Positions 24,395 to 35,536 of a DNA stretch of 64,000 nt are shown in pieces. Origin of the DNA: Paraspadella gotoi (Eukaryota; Animalia; Chaetognatha). The DNA lies in assembly GCA_051294375.1 (NCBI GenBank), contig CM119271.1, positions 1,234,721 through 1,298,720 on the forward strand, in the 5' to 3' direction. The stretch's first letter is position 1. Each line of letters begins with the position of its first letter. Under the pieces are notes generated by a model. That model saw nothing but the letters and a program-made list of their open reading frames with translations. It made no database searches and had not been told where the DNA came from. The position numbers and the translations under genes were made by a program.

Positions 24395-25300
24395 ATGACC
24401 GCCGACGTGTCTCCCGGAGCAACGCCGGTGGTGAGTCGAAACAATGTTATCTCTCGCCTAACAGTTCACTATTAGTTATTCCTTTTTTTGTCTTTTTATT
24501 TTCCTTGTGCTCGGCGTAGGTGCGTCGAGTCCGGCCCGGCACCAAAGTGGAAAACTTTTTCAAGTGGCCCGAGGAATCGCTGGAGGCGATGGACAGCACT
24601 CTCGCCGTACAACAGTATATTCAGCAGACGATTAGAAGAGACCCGACTAACGTTGAAGAGATTCTCGCCGCTCCCGAGGGGCAGGTATAAATGTATACAA
24701 TAGTATTTTATTAATTTATTATGAAAAGAGGTAACAGAAAAAAGCTTAAAACAAAAATCTTGACTGAAAAATTTCTTCACTCTACTTAATTGTTTGGACC
24801 CTTTCTCTGCTCAGGACGAGGGCGTCTGGAAGTACGAGCACCTTCGCCAGTTCTGCCTGGAGCTTAACGGCCTGGCCATCATGCTGCAGGAAGAGTGTAA
24901 TCCGGACTCCTGTTCCCAGATGACCGCCACCGAGCAGTGGATCTTCCTCTGCGCCGCCCACAAGACTCCCAAGGAGTGTCCCGCCATGGACTACACTCGG
25001 CACACGCTGGACGGCGCCGCCTGCCTCCTCAATAGTAACAAGTACTTCCCCTCGCGCGTTTCCATCAAGGAGTCGTCCGTGGCAAAGTTGGGCTCCGTCT
25101 GCCGACGCGTCTACCGCATCTTCTCCCACGCCTACTACCACCACCGGCCGGTCTTCGATCGGTACGAGAACGAGACGAGCCTCTGCCGACGCTTCACCAC
25201 CTTCGTCACACAGTACAACCTCATGTCCAAGGACAACTTGATCGTCCCCATTTTGGAGGATCAGATGGAAGAGGAGCGACCGGGAGAGAGCGAAGCTTGA
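24395..25300 (+). CDS. MOB4: MOB4/phocein (STRIPAK subunit), 3 exons
   Basis: Exons 24395-24430, 24520-24684, 24815-25300. Motifs [84 protein letters not shown]. Confidence 0.97.
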
Positions 25301-25902
25301 CGTCGCCGATGGATTTTTTAAAAAAAATGGGAAGCGATGAGGCGGAGATTGATTATCTTCGCTTGCGCCAATCAGCGTTTCCTTTTTTTTTGGTTCCTCT
25401 TCGTATCTCTGGAGAGAGGAAAACTGACTCCCTCGATCCAATTCCTCATTATTTTATCCAATCTGCTTTTGGAGAATTTCCTTCCTTTCGCCCAAATCCC
25501 CGAACCTGAAACCAAGGCAGACCTAAATTTAAAAAAAAACATTGAGCAACAAAATGTATTTTTATCGACATTTATTAATTTTTTTTTTTTGACGTTTGTA
25601 CTTTAGTTTTTTTTCCCCTTTAGCTTACGTTTTGCTCTGAATGTATTCCTGATGATTTTGTTTTTTCTCAGATGCAGTTAAGTTACAATTGTATGTATAA
25701 GCAAAATTTGAGCTTAATTTCAGGTTTCATGGCGGAGATATGTTTTTTTTTTTTTAAACGCAAATTTTAGTAGTCATGTACTTTTTTTTCTGTCCTAGGA
25801 TGGAAGACAACATCGGTCGTTCAGCGGACTTAATTAACTTGTGACCTTTTTTTCGCCATTTTTGATCCGGTGGTGAAAAAAAAATCGTTAAATGAATGGA
25901 CT

Positions 25903-28900
25903 ATGTCGTCGTCTTTGTCGCATCTCGGCGCGCGCCACAAAGGTGACGGTGATGGGGAAAAACCCTCGAAGCGCTCCGAAAAGAAGCTTCAACAGATGGG
26001 GCAGAGGATGGTCAAGGAAGAGTCTAAGATTCGAATCAAGAAGGTGATGGTTGAGGATTGAGAAAGAGTAATTAATATCAAGTTTGGAATAAATGACATG
26101 GAAGCTTTACTCTCTCAGGTCAAGCAGTTGCTCAAAAAGACAGAATCAGACCGAACGCCGGAGGAAAAGGATTTCCTGTCGCATTCGGTGGACGAAGTGT
26201 TGGAGCTTCAGCGAAGGAATCACCGCAACAACAAGATCAAGGATCACAAGTTAGAGAAGGAAGAGGAGGAGGAGGAGATCGAGGACAAGTCGAAGCGCCT
26301 GGCCGAAATGCTGGCCACCGCCTCCAACGCCATCGTCTACACCGGCGCCGGGATCAGCACCGCCGCCTCCATCCCGGATTATCGTGGCCCCAACGGAGTC
26401 TGGACCATGATGAGCAAAGGTAATGAAATTGGTACAATCAAAATGTAAATTTATTCATTTATTCATTTAATTTATTCATTTATTTAATTAGTAAGCTATC
26501 TTGACCCTGACTATGGTGGGTTAGGGCCTCCAATATAACAACTACTCATTCATTCAATAAACAAGGAAAAAAGAGCACCAACGCCGGAACGGAGCAGGCG
26601 CTTCAATTGGCCATCGACATTTCCAAGGCGGAACCCACTTTCACTCACATGGCCATCACCAAGTTGGCGGAAGTCGGCATCGTGAAGCACGTCGTGTCGC
26701 AGAATTGCGACGGGTTGCACCTGAGGAGCGGATTGCTGCAAAATAGGTAGGGGGAATTATTTCTTTTATTTATTTCTTTTTTCTGTCTTTCTTTAGAATA
26801 CTCAAAACCTTACCCTCTTTTAGAATCTCTGAAATACATGGAAACATGAACGTAGAAGTTTGCAGCGGCGCCTGCACGGGAGATAAGCGCTTGTTTATGC
26901 GAAACTACGACGTCACTAAGCGAACGGCTTACCGACGACATTGGACGGGTAAGTTAAACGTTTTCGAGTAACACAATCTGTATTACAGATCTGCTCAAAA
27001 AAAAGTTTAAACTTTGAGCCCCCTCCTATCTCGCTTGTCTGTCGTCCTATTAATTAAAATTTGGGTTCATTTGAAAGCCAAGACAAATATCTTTCATCCG
27101 AGCCCATGATTAGCTTTTTAGGCTAAATATTATAGAAGCTGTGCTAAAATAAAAAAAAGATCAAAATTTTGTCTTACAATTTCTTTTTTTATTTGCGGAA
27201 AAAAATTTTTTATCCATCTTGTCTTTTTGTGTTTTTTTACCATGGTAACTTCAAAACAGCTGATCCCCAAAAGGAAAGCTGCAATAGTTGAGCTTTGAAA
27301 GGGGGGTTTGTCAAGATATAGGATCGCCAGACAGTTTTATTTCCCTCTAACAACCATCTGCAGAGTTGTCAACAAATTTGAAGCAACTGGACACCTTGGA
27401 CGAGCTGTTGGAAGCAGGCGGCCTCGCATGTCCACGGAGAATGAGAACGATGACGTGGATAGTCTCGCAATTCAAGATTGTAAGGCTTCTGCAAGCCAGT
27501 TGGGGAAAAAAAATGGAGAGAGGAAGTGTTGCCAGTCGTTCAACAGTGAATGGGCGGCTTTTCATGGATTTTCTTGGATACAAAGCTAAAACCACTCAAA
27601 AATGTCATGAGGAAAATGGGATCGAGGTGCTCAAAGTTGGCCAGGAAACTCACCTGACTGGAACTTCATCGAAAATGTTTGGTCAAGGATGAAAAGGGAT
27701 ACTTTTCAGTATAACGCCATGACAGTCAATAAAATCTAAAAAAATTTAAAATGAATTTGGGGAGCTGAACCATTCATATTTGTGCAGCCCCTACAACTCT
27801 CTCCCTCATTTCAGGGAGGTGGTGCTGGAAGCAAATAGTGGTCTGACAACGTATTAACTAACTGAGTCCTAAAAAGTATTATTTCCTTTCAAATAACAAA
27901 ATAAAATGCTTTTATCATAACTATTAAACTTTTTTTTGATCAGATCTGTAATTCGTGTTTTTTCAAATCTATTCCACTTCATCTCTCCTGCTCAGAGAAC
28001 AAGTGCACCAACTGCGGTTCTCAGCTCAAAGACACCATCGTCCATTTTGGGGAGAAGGGCCCGACGGAGCCGCTCCCGCCGCATCACTGGCCGGCGGCCG
28101 CCCGCGCCGCGAAAAAGGCCGACCTCATCGTCTGCATCGGGTCCAGCCTCAAAATTCTCAGGAAATACTCGTGCCTTTGGAACATGGAGAGGAAAAAGAG
28201 GGAGCGAGCGAGGATCGTCATCGTCAATCTCCAGTGGACGCCGAAAGACAATTCGTCCTCGCTCAAAATCAACGGGCGGTGCGACGACGTCATGCGTAAA
28301 GTCATGAAGTATCTCAGGTGAGGGATTTAATCCATTTAATTTAATTAAGGCAAGGAGAGATTGTCGTCCGAGGGACAGTTTAATAAAAAAAATTTTTTCT
28401 TTTTTTTTTTTGCAGACTTCACGTCCTCCCTTACGTTCGGGAAGATGACCCCATCTTTGGCCCCCTTCCACCCGCCCCTCCCCCGTCGGACCCCGGGGAC
28501 GATGAACGCCCTCTGCTCATCGCTGCCCCGTCGCCCGCCTGCAAGGTTTTGCCCGCCCTCGGCCTCGGCCGCGACGCCGACGAAGACGAGCAGCGTCAAT
28601 CCGTCCTCCATCTGCAGAGCATCGTTCGCCGGGAGAACCTGGCCAAGGGCGAGGGCGATGGCGACGGTCGCGCCGCCGACTCTTATCTCTCACTCTCCTC
28701 GCCTAAGAAAAAGGAGCCAGGGTTTCGCCCATGGGCGGAACAATTCGTCGGCGGCGTATCCGGGGACCTTGACGACTCGGTCGCTGAGCCCAAATTTCTC
28801 CCATGGTCGGAACTCGTCGCCGCTCACCATCCGCACAACCTGTCTCAATGTCTACCTCAGTTTCCCGCCGAATCCGTCTCTTCCTCGCCGACTTTGACAG

Positions 28901-29472
28901 GCGACATACCCTTGGCTGGCGTCATACCACTGGCTGGCGACATACCTTTGGCGGGTAACATCCCCTTGGCACATGAAATCCCCTTGACCCGTGACGTCTC
29001 TTTGGCGCGTGACGTTTCTTTGGCTGGTGATGTCCCTCTGCCGGGTGACATCCCCATGACCCGTGACGTCCCTTTGGCCCGTGATATCTCCTTAGCTCGT
29101 GACGTTCCTTTAACAAACGAGGAATCATCGTCGGCTTCGGCATCCGTCGTCGACGCCAAGGTCCAGGTCGAGACGGAGGCCCAAAGGTTCGTGGGCTGGT
29201 CCGACGTCGCGGTGGGACCCTCGACGCACACCTCCAAATCTCAGAATTCCTTCAACCCTTCGTCGGCCAGCTCCTCGGCCTCTTCCGATCTCAGTCAGGA
29301 CTTTTCCGACGAGGAGCGGGGGCCCTCATTGCCGGGCTGTCCGGTCGGTGAGGCGGCCGAGACGCCCGATGATCCCTGCCCCACCGTTCCAGGCTGGTTC
29401 GGGAAAGGGTGGAAGCCCCGGAAGATGGCCATGTTGACGAGAAAGAGAAGGAAGACGATGCCCAAGTTTTGA
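25903..29472 (+). CDS. SIRT7: NAD-dependent deacylase sirtuin 7, 6 exons
   Basis: Exons ~25903-26043, 26119-26431, 26566-26746, 26824-26948, 27996-28317, 28417-29472. Motifs [64 protein letters not shown]-terminal GWFGKG..KRRK. Confidence 0.92.
26449..26540 (-). mobile_element. Very short 5'-truncated LINE (CR1/L2-like) 3' tail in SIRT7 intron
   Basis: agctatcttgaccctgactatggtgggttagggcctcc is the reverse complement of the tail at 32800-32848, next to an (ATTC/ATTT)n tail. Confidence 0.6.
26986..27948 (+). mobile_element. Degenerate, internally deleted Tc1/mariner element in SIRT7 intron
   Basis: TA flanks. TIRs cagatctgctcaaaaaaaagtttaa / ttaaacttttttttgatcagatctg. Relic HTH ([31 protein letters not shown]...RPR) and [15 protein letters not shown] motif, with stops and frameshifts. 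Confidence 0.88.
28891..29114 (+). repeat. In-frame 18-bp tandem repeat in SIRT7 last exon (hexapeptide [12 protein letters not shown], ~12 copies)
   Basis: [74 protein letters not shown]. Confidence 0.9.
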
Positions 29473-29876
29473 TGAGAGGGAAATTGCCTATCTCTGTTTT
29501 GTCTTTCGGATTTCTCGTTGTCCCTTAATTTATTGTACTTGAGTAAAACCGTTACAGATTACTGAGAAGGAAGGAAGAAGAGTTTAATTCATAAGATGGA
29601 CGTAAATGTTATGTCTACTTAATTTAATAAAAGCATTACTTATAAAAAATAACAAACAAACCATGACTCTAAATCAACTTATTAGGATTTTTTTTTAGAT
29701 GTTAGAAAATGAACGATTAAATGTTAAAATGAAGTCTTCGTTATTTTTTCATCTCGCGAAGGAAAAAAATCTCGCTACATTTTTTTTTAACATCATCAGC
29801 ATAAATTCCATTCACTCGTTGATTTTATATTTGATCAAATTATTATTTTTATTAGGGGTCTAATAGATGTAGCAAA

Positions 29877-32800
29877 ATGGAGGAAAAATCCTTGAAGCGA
29901 CCTTTGCGCTCGAGAAGCAATCGACCATCAACGATTAAAAATGCGCCGTTCGGAAAGAATGAAGAGAACGAACCGAGAGACCGCGGGAAGCGCTCAATAC
30001 GAACGCGCGCTGAACGCGGCAATGCTTCACAAACGCAGCGGGGCAAGGCCCCTGAAAATCCGCCTACGAAGCGCAGAAAAGCCCCCGAACCCCCACCCAC
30101 GAAACGCAACAAGGCCCCCGAAAAGCCGCCCACGCAGCGCGGCAAGAGAAAGTTGGCCGACATCTCCCAAGACGGTCGGTATGAAGACCACAAGAGCAAG
30201 AGAGGAAAAGGAGTGGATCGATTGGCGATCGAGCGACGGGCGTTCGATGCCAAAGAAGAAAAAAAGAAAATCCTCGATGTTGTTGAAAAGACTGATTATG
30301 ATTTCGTCTCCACCGGAGAATCCGAATCGGATAATGTCAATGATGTCGTCGACACCGTCGTCATGGACTCTGTCGCGTCGTCAGACGACCAAAGCAAAAT
30401 GTCTAAAGTCTCGCAGAAGTTTTACAAGTCCTCCAGTTTCGGAGCTCAGAATAACGGATCGGCGATAAGCGGTCCTTTGGCTCAGTTCGAGAAAAATGAT
30501 GCCCGCGTCGGGAAGAACAACAACGCCGACAACATCGTGAGTCGAAGCGAAAATCGATTCGTTCGAAAGTCGGATTTTCCCGCCGTCGATGAATTTTTTT
30601 CCGATTGCATTCTTGAGAAAAACTTGGCCTCAAAAGGGAAGCGATCCACCGCCGTCCGGCGAGCGGCGACCTCGAAGATCCGAAAGCGGGTAACGGGGGT
30701 GGAAGATTCTTCCGTCGCTCCGTCGGATTCTTTCTCAAAGCCACCGCCGCAAAGTCACTCCGCCAAACTCCGTCCCTTGGATCAAAATTTGCTGGATCTT
30801 GTCCTGGATCCCTCACAGGCCGCTTCCGACGATGATAGCGAGGTGGAGTCTCCCGTCAAATTCGAGTCCCCGCAAAGATCCGTCCACGCCGCCGACGCCG
30901 CCAGACGTTCCCTGATCCGGTCTCCCGTCTCAGTTACCAAGAAGACGCCTTTGAAGATGGCAGAGCGGAAGAGCGCCCCGCTTCGTTTCTCGTTCGATCA
31001 TCCGTCGACGCCTGAAAAAAAGAGCGGCGCCGTTTCGGAAAGCCCCACGAAACTGCCTCGGCTCCGCGATGAGGATAACGCGCCTGTTGAGAGGCGTTCG
31101 TCGACTCCGCCTGAGAATCCGACGAGAACCGCAGCGGACGCTGTTGAGTCGGAAACTGCTTTTTTCGAGAGATTCAGTAAAGCTATCGCCTCTAACAGTC
31201 CTAAAAAGTCTCGAGATCGCTCCCCGGCGATGAATAGACAACAGAAAAAGTTTTTCGCCAGTCGATCCACCACGGCGTCCCTCATCGCGTCGAAGCAGAA
31301 GCGGCCTAAGTGGGCGGAGAAGTATCGGAAAATGAACGTGCCGCGAGTTGAGAATTTGCTGATCGGATTGAAAACGCCGAGTCCTCTGCCGAAAAAATTG
31401 GCGGCGTCCGTCGATAGGACGCCGACGACCGAAATTCGTTCTGAAACGACACCGGTCGCCTCGTCTTCTCCCGTAGATAAACCGAGTTCGACGCCGTCCT
31501 TGTTAAAGAAGACTTCTGGATTGGAGCGGCCGAGATCGAGGAAGAGCGTGAGGTTTTCTCTTTTCCCGCCTAATTATGGGGAAGACGACGATCGCGAGAA
31601 GGAGCAGGGATCGACGGAAACGAAGGGCGACGATGCAGGCGCCGAACACGTGGACGACATTTTCGGCTTTGGATTCGGAATTAAGGGGAAGAAAGGATCG
31701 GGATCGTCGAGCGAGGAGGACGAAGAAATGAAGGGGAGCGAAGGATCGGAGAAGGAAAAGGAAAATCTCGAGAAACGATCGTTTACTCTTTTGGAAAAGA
31801 AAGAGAAGATGGAGAATCGAGAATTAGTCTCCGCCGCGATTGACGTCGATGATTTAGAACCGAAAGATCGAGACATTAACGGAAACGAGGCGAAGGGAAA
31901 AGAGACGCTACCGGTGGAACGAATCGTTTATCCCGATCTCGTCGAAGAAGAACAGAGATCAGAGGATTCCTCGCCAAAGGAAACGTTAAAAACTCAGACG
32001 CCGCCGTCGACGATGGCGTTAATCGAAGACGTCAGCATCATCGCGTCCGCCGCTCCACCCGACGGATCCGCGGCGACAGAGTCGGTACCTGATCCCGAGA
32101 CCCCCGCCGCGGTCAAGAAGCCTCTCCACCCATTTTTTCTGAACCAGCAACTGCGGGCACCCTCAACCAGCACCCCTAAAACTCTGACGAAAAGCGTTTC
32201 CGCCGCCACCGTTCACGCATCTCCGGCTGCAAAGCGTAGCCCTCCGATTCGCGTTCAAAAGGCTTTTCGGGTTGGTAGTTGACAAAAGAGAATTAAAAGT
32301 TTAAACCTACCTTGATGGAAAAAAAAATGTCGCCGTTTAGAAAAGTCGGTTAATTTCATTGTCAAATATGTTTTTTGGTCGGTAAATAGGTTTTAATATA
32401 TAATATAACCTCCCTTGGACTGAATAAAAAGATTATTCTTCAATAGCATAAAATTATTTAATGCATACAAATACTTCCAACTGTTTTCACCTTTTTTAGA
32501 TCAAGAGGATTATTTACATTATTGTTAAAATTATATCTCTGATATATCTTGAATGAATGGATAATTTTTATATTTTTATATTTCATAAAATTCAGCTCCT
32601 TGTATTTTGATGCTAGTGCGGAGTACTATAAGTATTCCCCGATCTAATACTTAAGGGAGTGGTCTTTTCATACAATTGAAACATTCTTTGAAATATTTTC
32701 CACTTCATTGATAGGGAAGCCAGGTACTCTGGGACTGTGAGAGAGTTTTGATTGAAAGCTTGCAGGGACCTGCTATGTAATTATCTTGTAAGAGTGATGG

Positions 32801-34491
32801 AGGCCTTAAACCACCAAAGCCTGTCCAAAGTCAGGGGCAAGATAGCTTATTTATTAAATGAATGGATAATTTTTATATTGGTTGTACCAATTTCATAATA
32901 TTTTTTTTCAGATTTAGGGCAAAAAATGGTTTGTTTTTTTTATTTGTTTTATATTTGGTTCTGATAATACATCCAGAGGTTAATAAAAATGATAACTTTG
33001 CTCACAAAAAGGTTACCCGGAGCCTTATAACTTTTATTGATACTTTACTATATAAAAAAATATTTTTAAACATTTATACTATAGATTAATATATTTTTAA
33101 TACCATTATTTTTTTACATATGAATTAAGATTTATCTTTGAATCTATCCTAATAGAGATAATAATAATAACCATTTGACATGAGACGGGAAAAAAGTAGT
33201 AATGATTTAACTAATAAAATATAAAAAACTAGATATAAAAAAGATAAAGAAGGAAGCATTTTTTTTTGGCAACTCATTTTCTTTTGCATGTAACTCTTGT
33301 ATTTGTTGTCGTACATAAATGAGAAACAGCTCATATTAATCACAAGAGGCCAAAGTTACTCAATATTTAAATTTTATTTTTCGATTTTTACATTAAAATT
33401 CCGAAAAATAGCTGGAAAGTAACCGCGACAATTTTTTTTTCCATCATGGTATATTTGTAAAAGGGAAAAATAAGAGCGAGGTTGAATAAACAATGTAAGA
33501 AACGAGAGCGAGGCGTATCGAAAAAAAACAGACACTATGGCAACAGCCGGGTTGCCTGTGATGCCCATTGGGATGGGGCATCTCACTGTTGGCTTTGGGG
33601 GCTTCCGACTCTCAGTGACGCATCCAGTTACAGGCGCGGTTACCCTAGGATGGTCTCGCTTTGCCAACGCAGATGGAAGTCGTTAGGACTGTGGATGGAA
33701 CACAACTCCTGGGATGGTGTGTTCCCCCAATAGTATTGGCTGAACGATCGTAGACGTGATGTGGTGTAAATATACCACCACAACACAACGTTTTCCCTCG
33801 CAGGTGGATAAGGATGGAAAGCGACAAATGATCCTCGATCTCGGCCAGAAGAATTTCGGCCCCAAACAATGCTCCGATTGTGACATGGTTTTCACGCAGA
33901 ACGACCCCGAAGACGAGCTCGCCCACCGGAAGTTCCACGACTCCCTTTCCGCCTTGCTTAAGTTTCCTGAATGGAAAAAGCAGCGCGTCGTCGGACATTT
34001 TATTAACGGAAAGATCGTCCAGGTTGGTTACAGCAACAGCTGCGCAGCCTGTGATGTCAATATGGCAGATCGTAGAATCGATATTACCAGGCGATGATCA
34101 TATCAGATGTAAAACATTATATGAAGAACCAAAGACGATATTTGGTAATAATATATCAATTAAGTATTATCAATGTTGGAAACAAACTTTTGATAAACAT
34201 TTGGATCTGTTTAATATTTCATTTCATGTACCTCTCGATCAATAGAACTTTAATAAAACTTTAATTATAATTAATTACCATTGATCGTCGTTTAATATTA
34301 ATTACAGATCATCTGATATTTTAATTCGGTGTCGGGGTAGAGAATTAAATCAAATTGTAAACAATTAACTAAAACAAAAATAACAACAATAATAATAATA
34401 ACAACAACAATAATGCCGTCTTAGCTCGAATAGGAAAGCTTAGCAGTCGATTAATTTGATTTCAATAATAATAATAATTATAATTATAATT

Positions 34492-34523
<32 letters not shown>

Positions 34524-35139
34524 AATCAACAACAATAGTAACAACAACAGTAATACCGTCTTAGCTCGAATAGCAAAGCGTAGCACTCGATTGATTTGAT
34601 TTGAACCATAACATCTTCAGGTGATTTCCTCCGACCCGAAATACATGCGTCGAAAGGTGGAAGAGATCGAGGAAGTAATGAACCAGAACTTGGGTTTCCT
34701 CCAACGCTCCGACGAATCCGAAACCGCCGCCTTCTTCTTCGTAGCCGACGGTCGGATCGTCGGCTGCTGCATCGCTGAGACCATCTCCTCCGCCTTCCGA
34801 GTCGTGCCTAATAACGTGGCCTCTTCTCCTCGTTTAATCGCGTCACCGCCTCCCGATTCTCCGGCACCCGGCGGCGTCGCCGGCGCTGAGACCGATCGAG
34901 TCTACTACTGCAGTCGGGAAGCAACCGAGGCGGTCATCGGCATCAACCGCATTTGGGTTTTGGCGGAGAAACGCCGTCAACGCATCGCCACGCGCCTTCT
35001 CGACGCCGTCCGCTGCAGCTCGATCTTCGGCGCCGTCGTTGAGAAGGACGTCGTCGCCTTCACTGATCCGACGCCGGACGGGCGACGTTTGGCCGCCGAG
35101 TATTCGGGCAGACCCGACTTTTTGGTCTATAAATTGTAG
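29877..35139 (+). CDS. ESCO2: Cohesin acetyltransferase ESCO/Eco1 (ESCO2-like), 3 exons
   Basis: Exons 29877-32270 (long basic disordered region), 33804-34022 (QMILDLGQKNFG, C..C.M....PEDE..H..FH zinc finger), 34621-35139 (GINRIWV...RR..IATRLLD, AF.DPTPDG..LA..Y....FLVY). ESCO1 versus ESCO2 is uncertain. Confidence 0.88.
32575..32856 (+). mobile_element. 5'-truncated LINE (CR1/L2-like) 3' fragment in ESCO intron 1
   Basis: Bracketed by the direct repeat aatgaatggataatttttatatt (32552, 32857). Its 3' end is shared with the copy at ~26495. Degenerate residues resemble an ORF2 C-terminus (weak). Confidence 0.55.
34415..34602 (+). repeat. Two ~47-bp copies of a tRNA-5'-end-like (SINE head) motif embedded in (AAT/AAC)n
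   Basis: gccgtcttagctcgaataggaaagcttagcagtcgatt at 34415 and ccgtcttagctcgaatagcaaagcgtagcactcgatt at 34556. A-box-like TAGCTC..GG; no complete cloverleaf. Confidence 0.5.
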
Positions 35140-35536
35140 AAAAGTTTTATCGTCTTTGGGGTCGCCTTTGAGGCGTTGGCGTTTACAAGTTTAATTCTTT
35201 CCTTTTTATTTATCCCGGATGAATGGCGTTTCAAACTCCATCTCCCCGCCCTCCGCCCCCCCCCCCTCGACATAGAGTTTACGATTTTTGTGCCTTTTTT
35301 CCCCAATCATTGCCGCCGTGACGAAACCGTCAGCCTTGTTTTAATCTGATTTAAACCTCGTGATAATTTATAAATACTTCGATACCTTAAATAATTGATA
35401 TCGAAAAGAAGATTATTTTGTGCCTTTTGTTTTAAATAATCTCCATCTTTTTCATTCGTAATTAAAGCATTCAAACTGAAAATTCTACCATCAATAAAAT
35501 AATTTGGATATATACTAAACTAAAACAAACAAAAAA

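Noticed and set aside
34415-34602. tRNA genes
   Set aside because: Only a 5' A-box-like portion; no anticodon arm, T-arm or B-box.
495-35139. Many minus-strand and alternative-frame ORFs overlapping the called genes
   Set aside because: Shadow ORFs of GC-rich exons with no recognisable motifs; the + frame explains the codon pattern.
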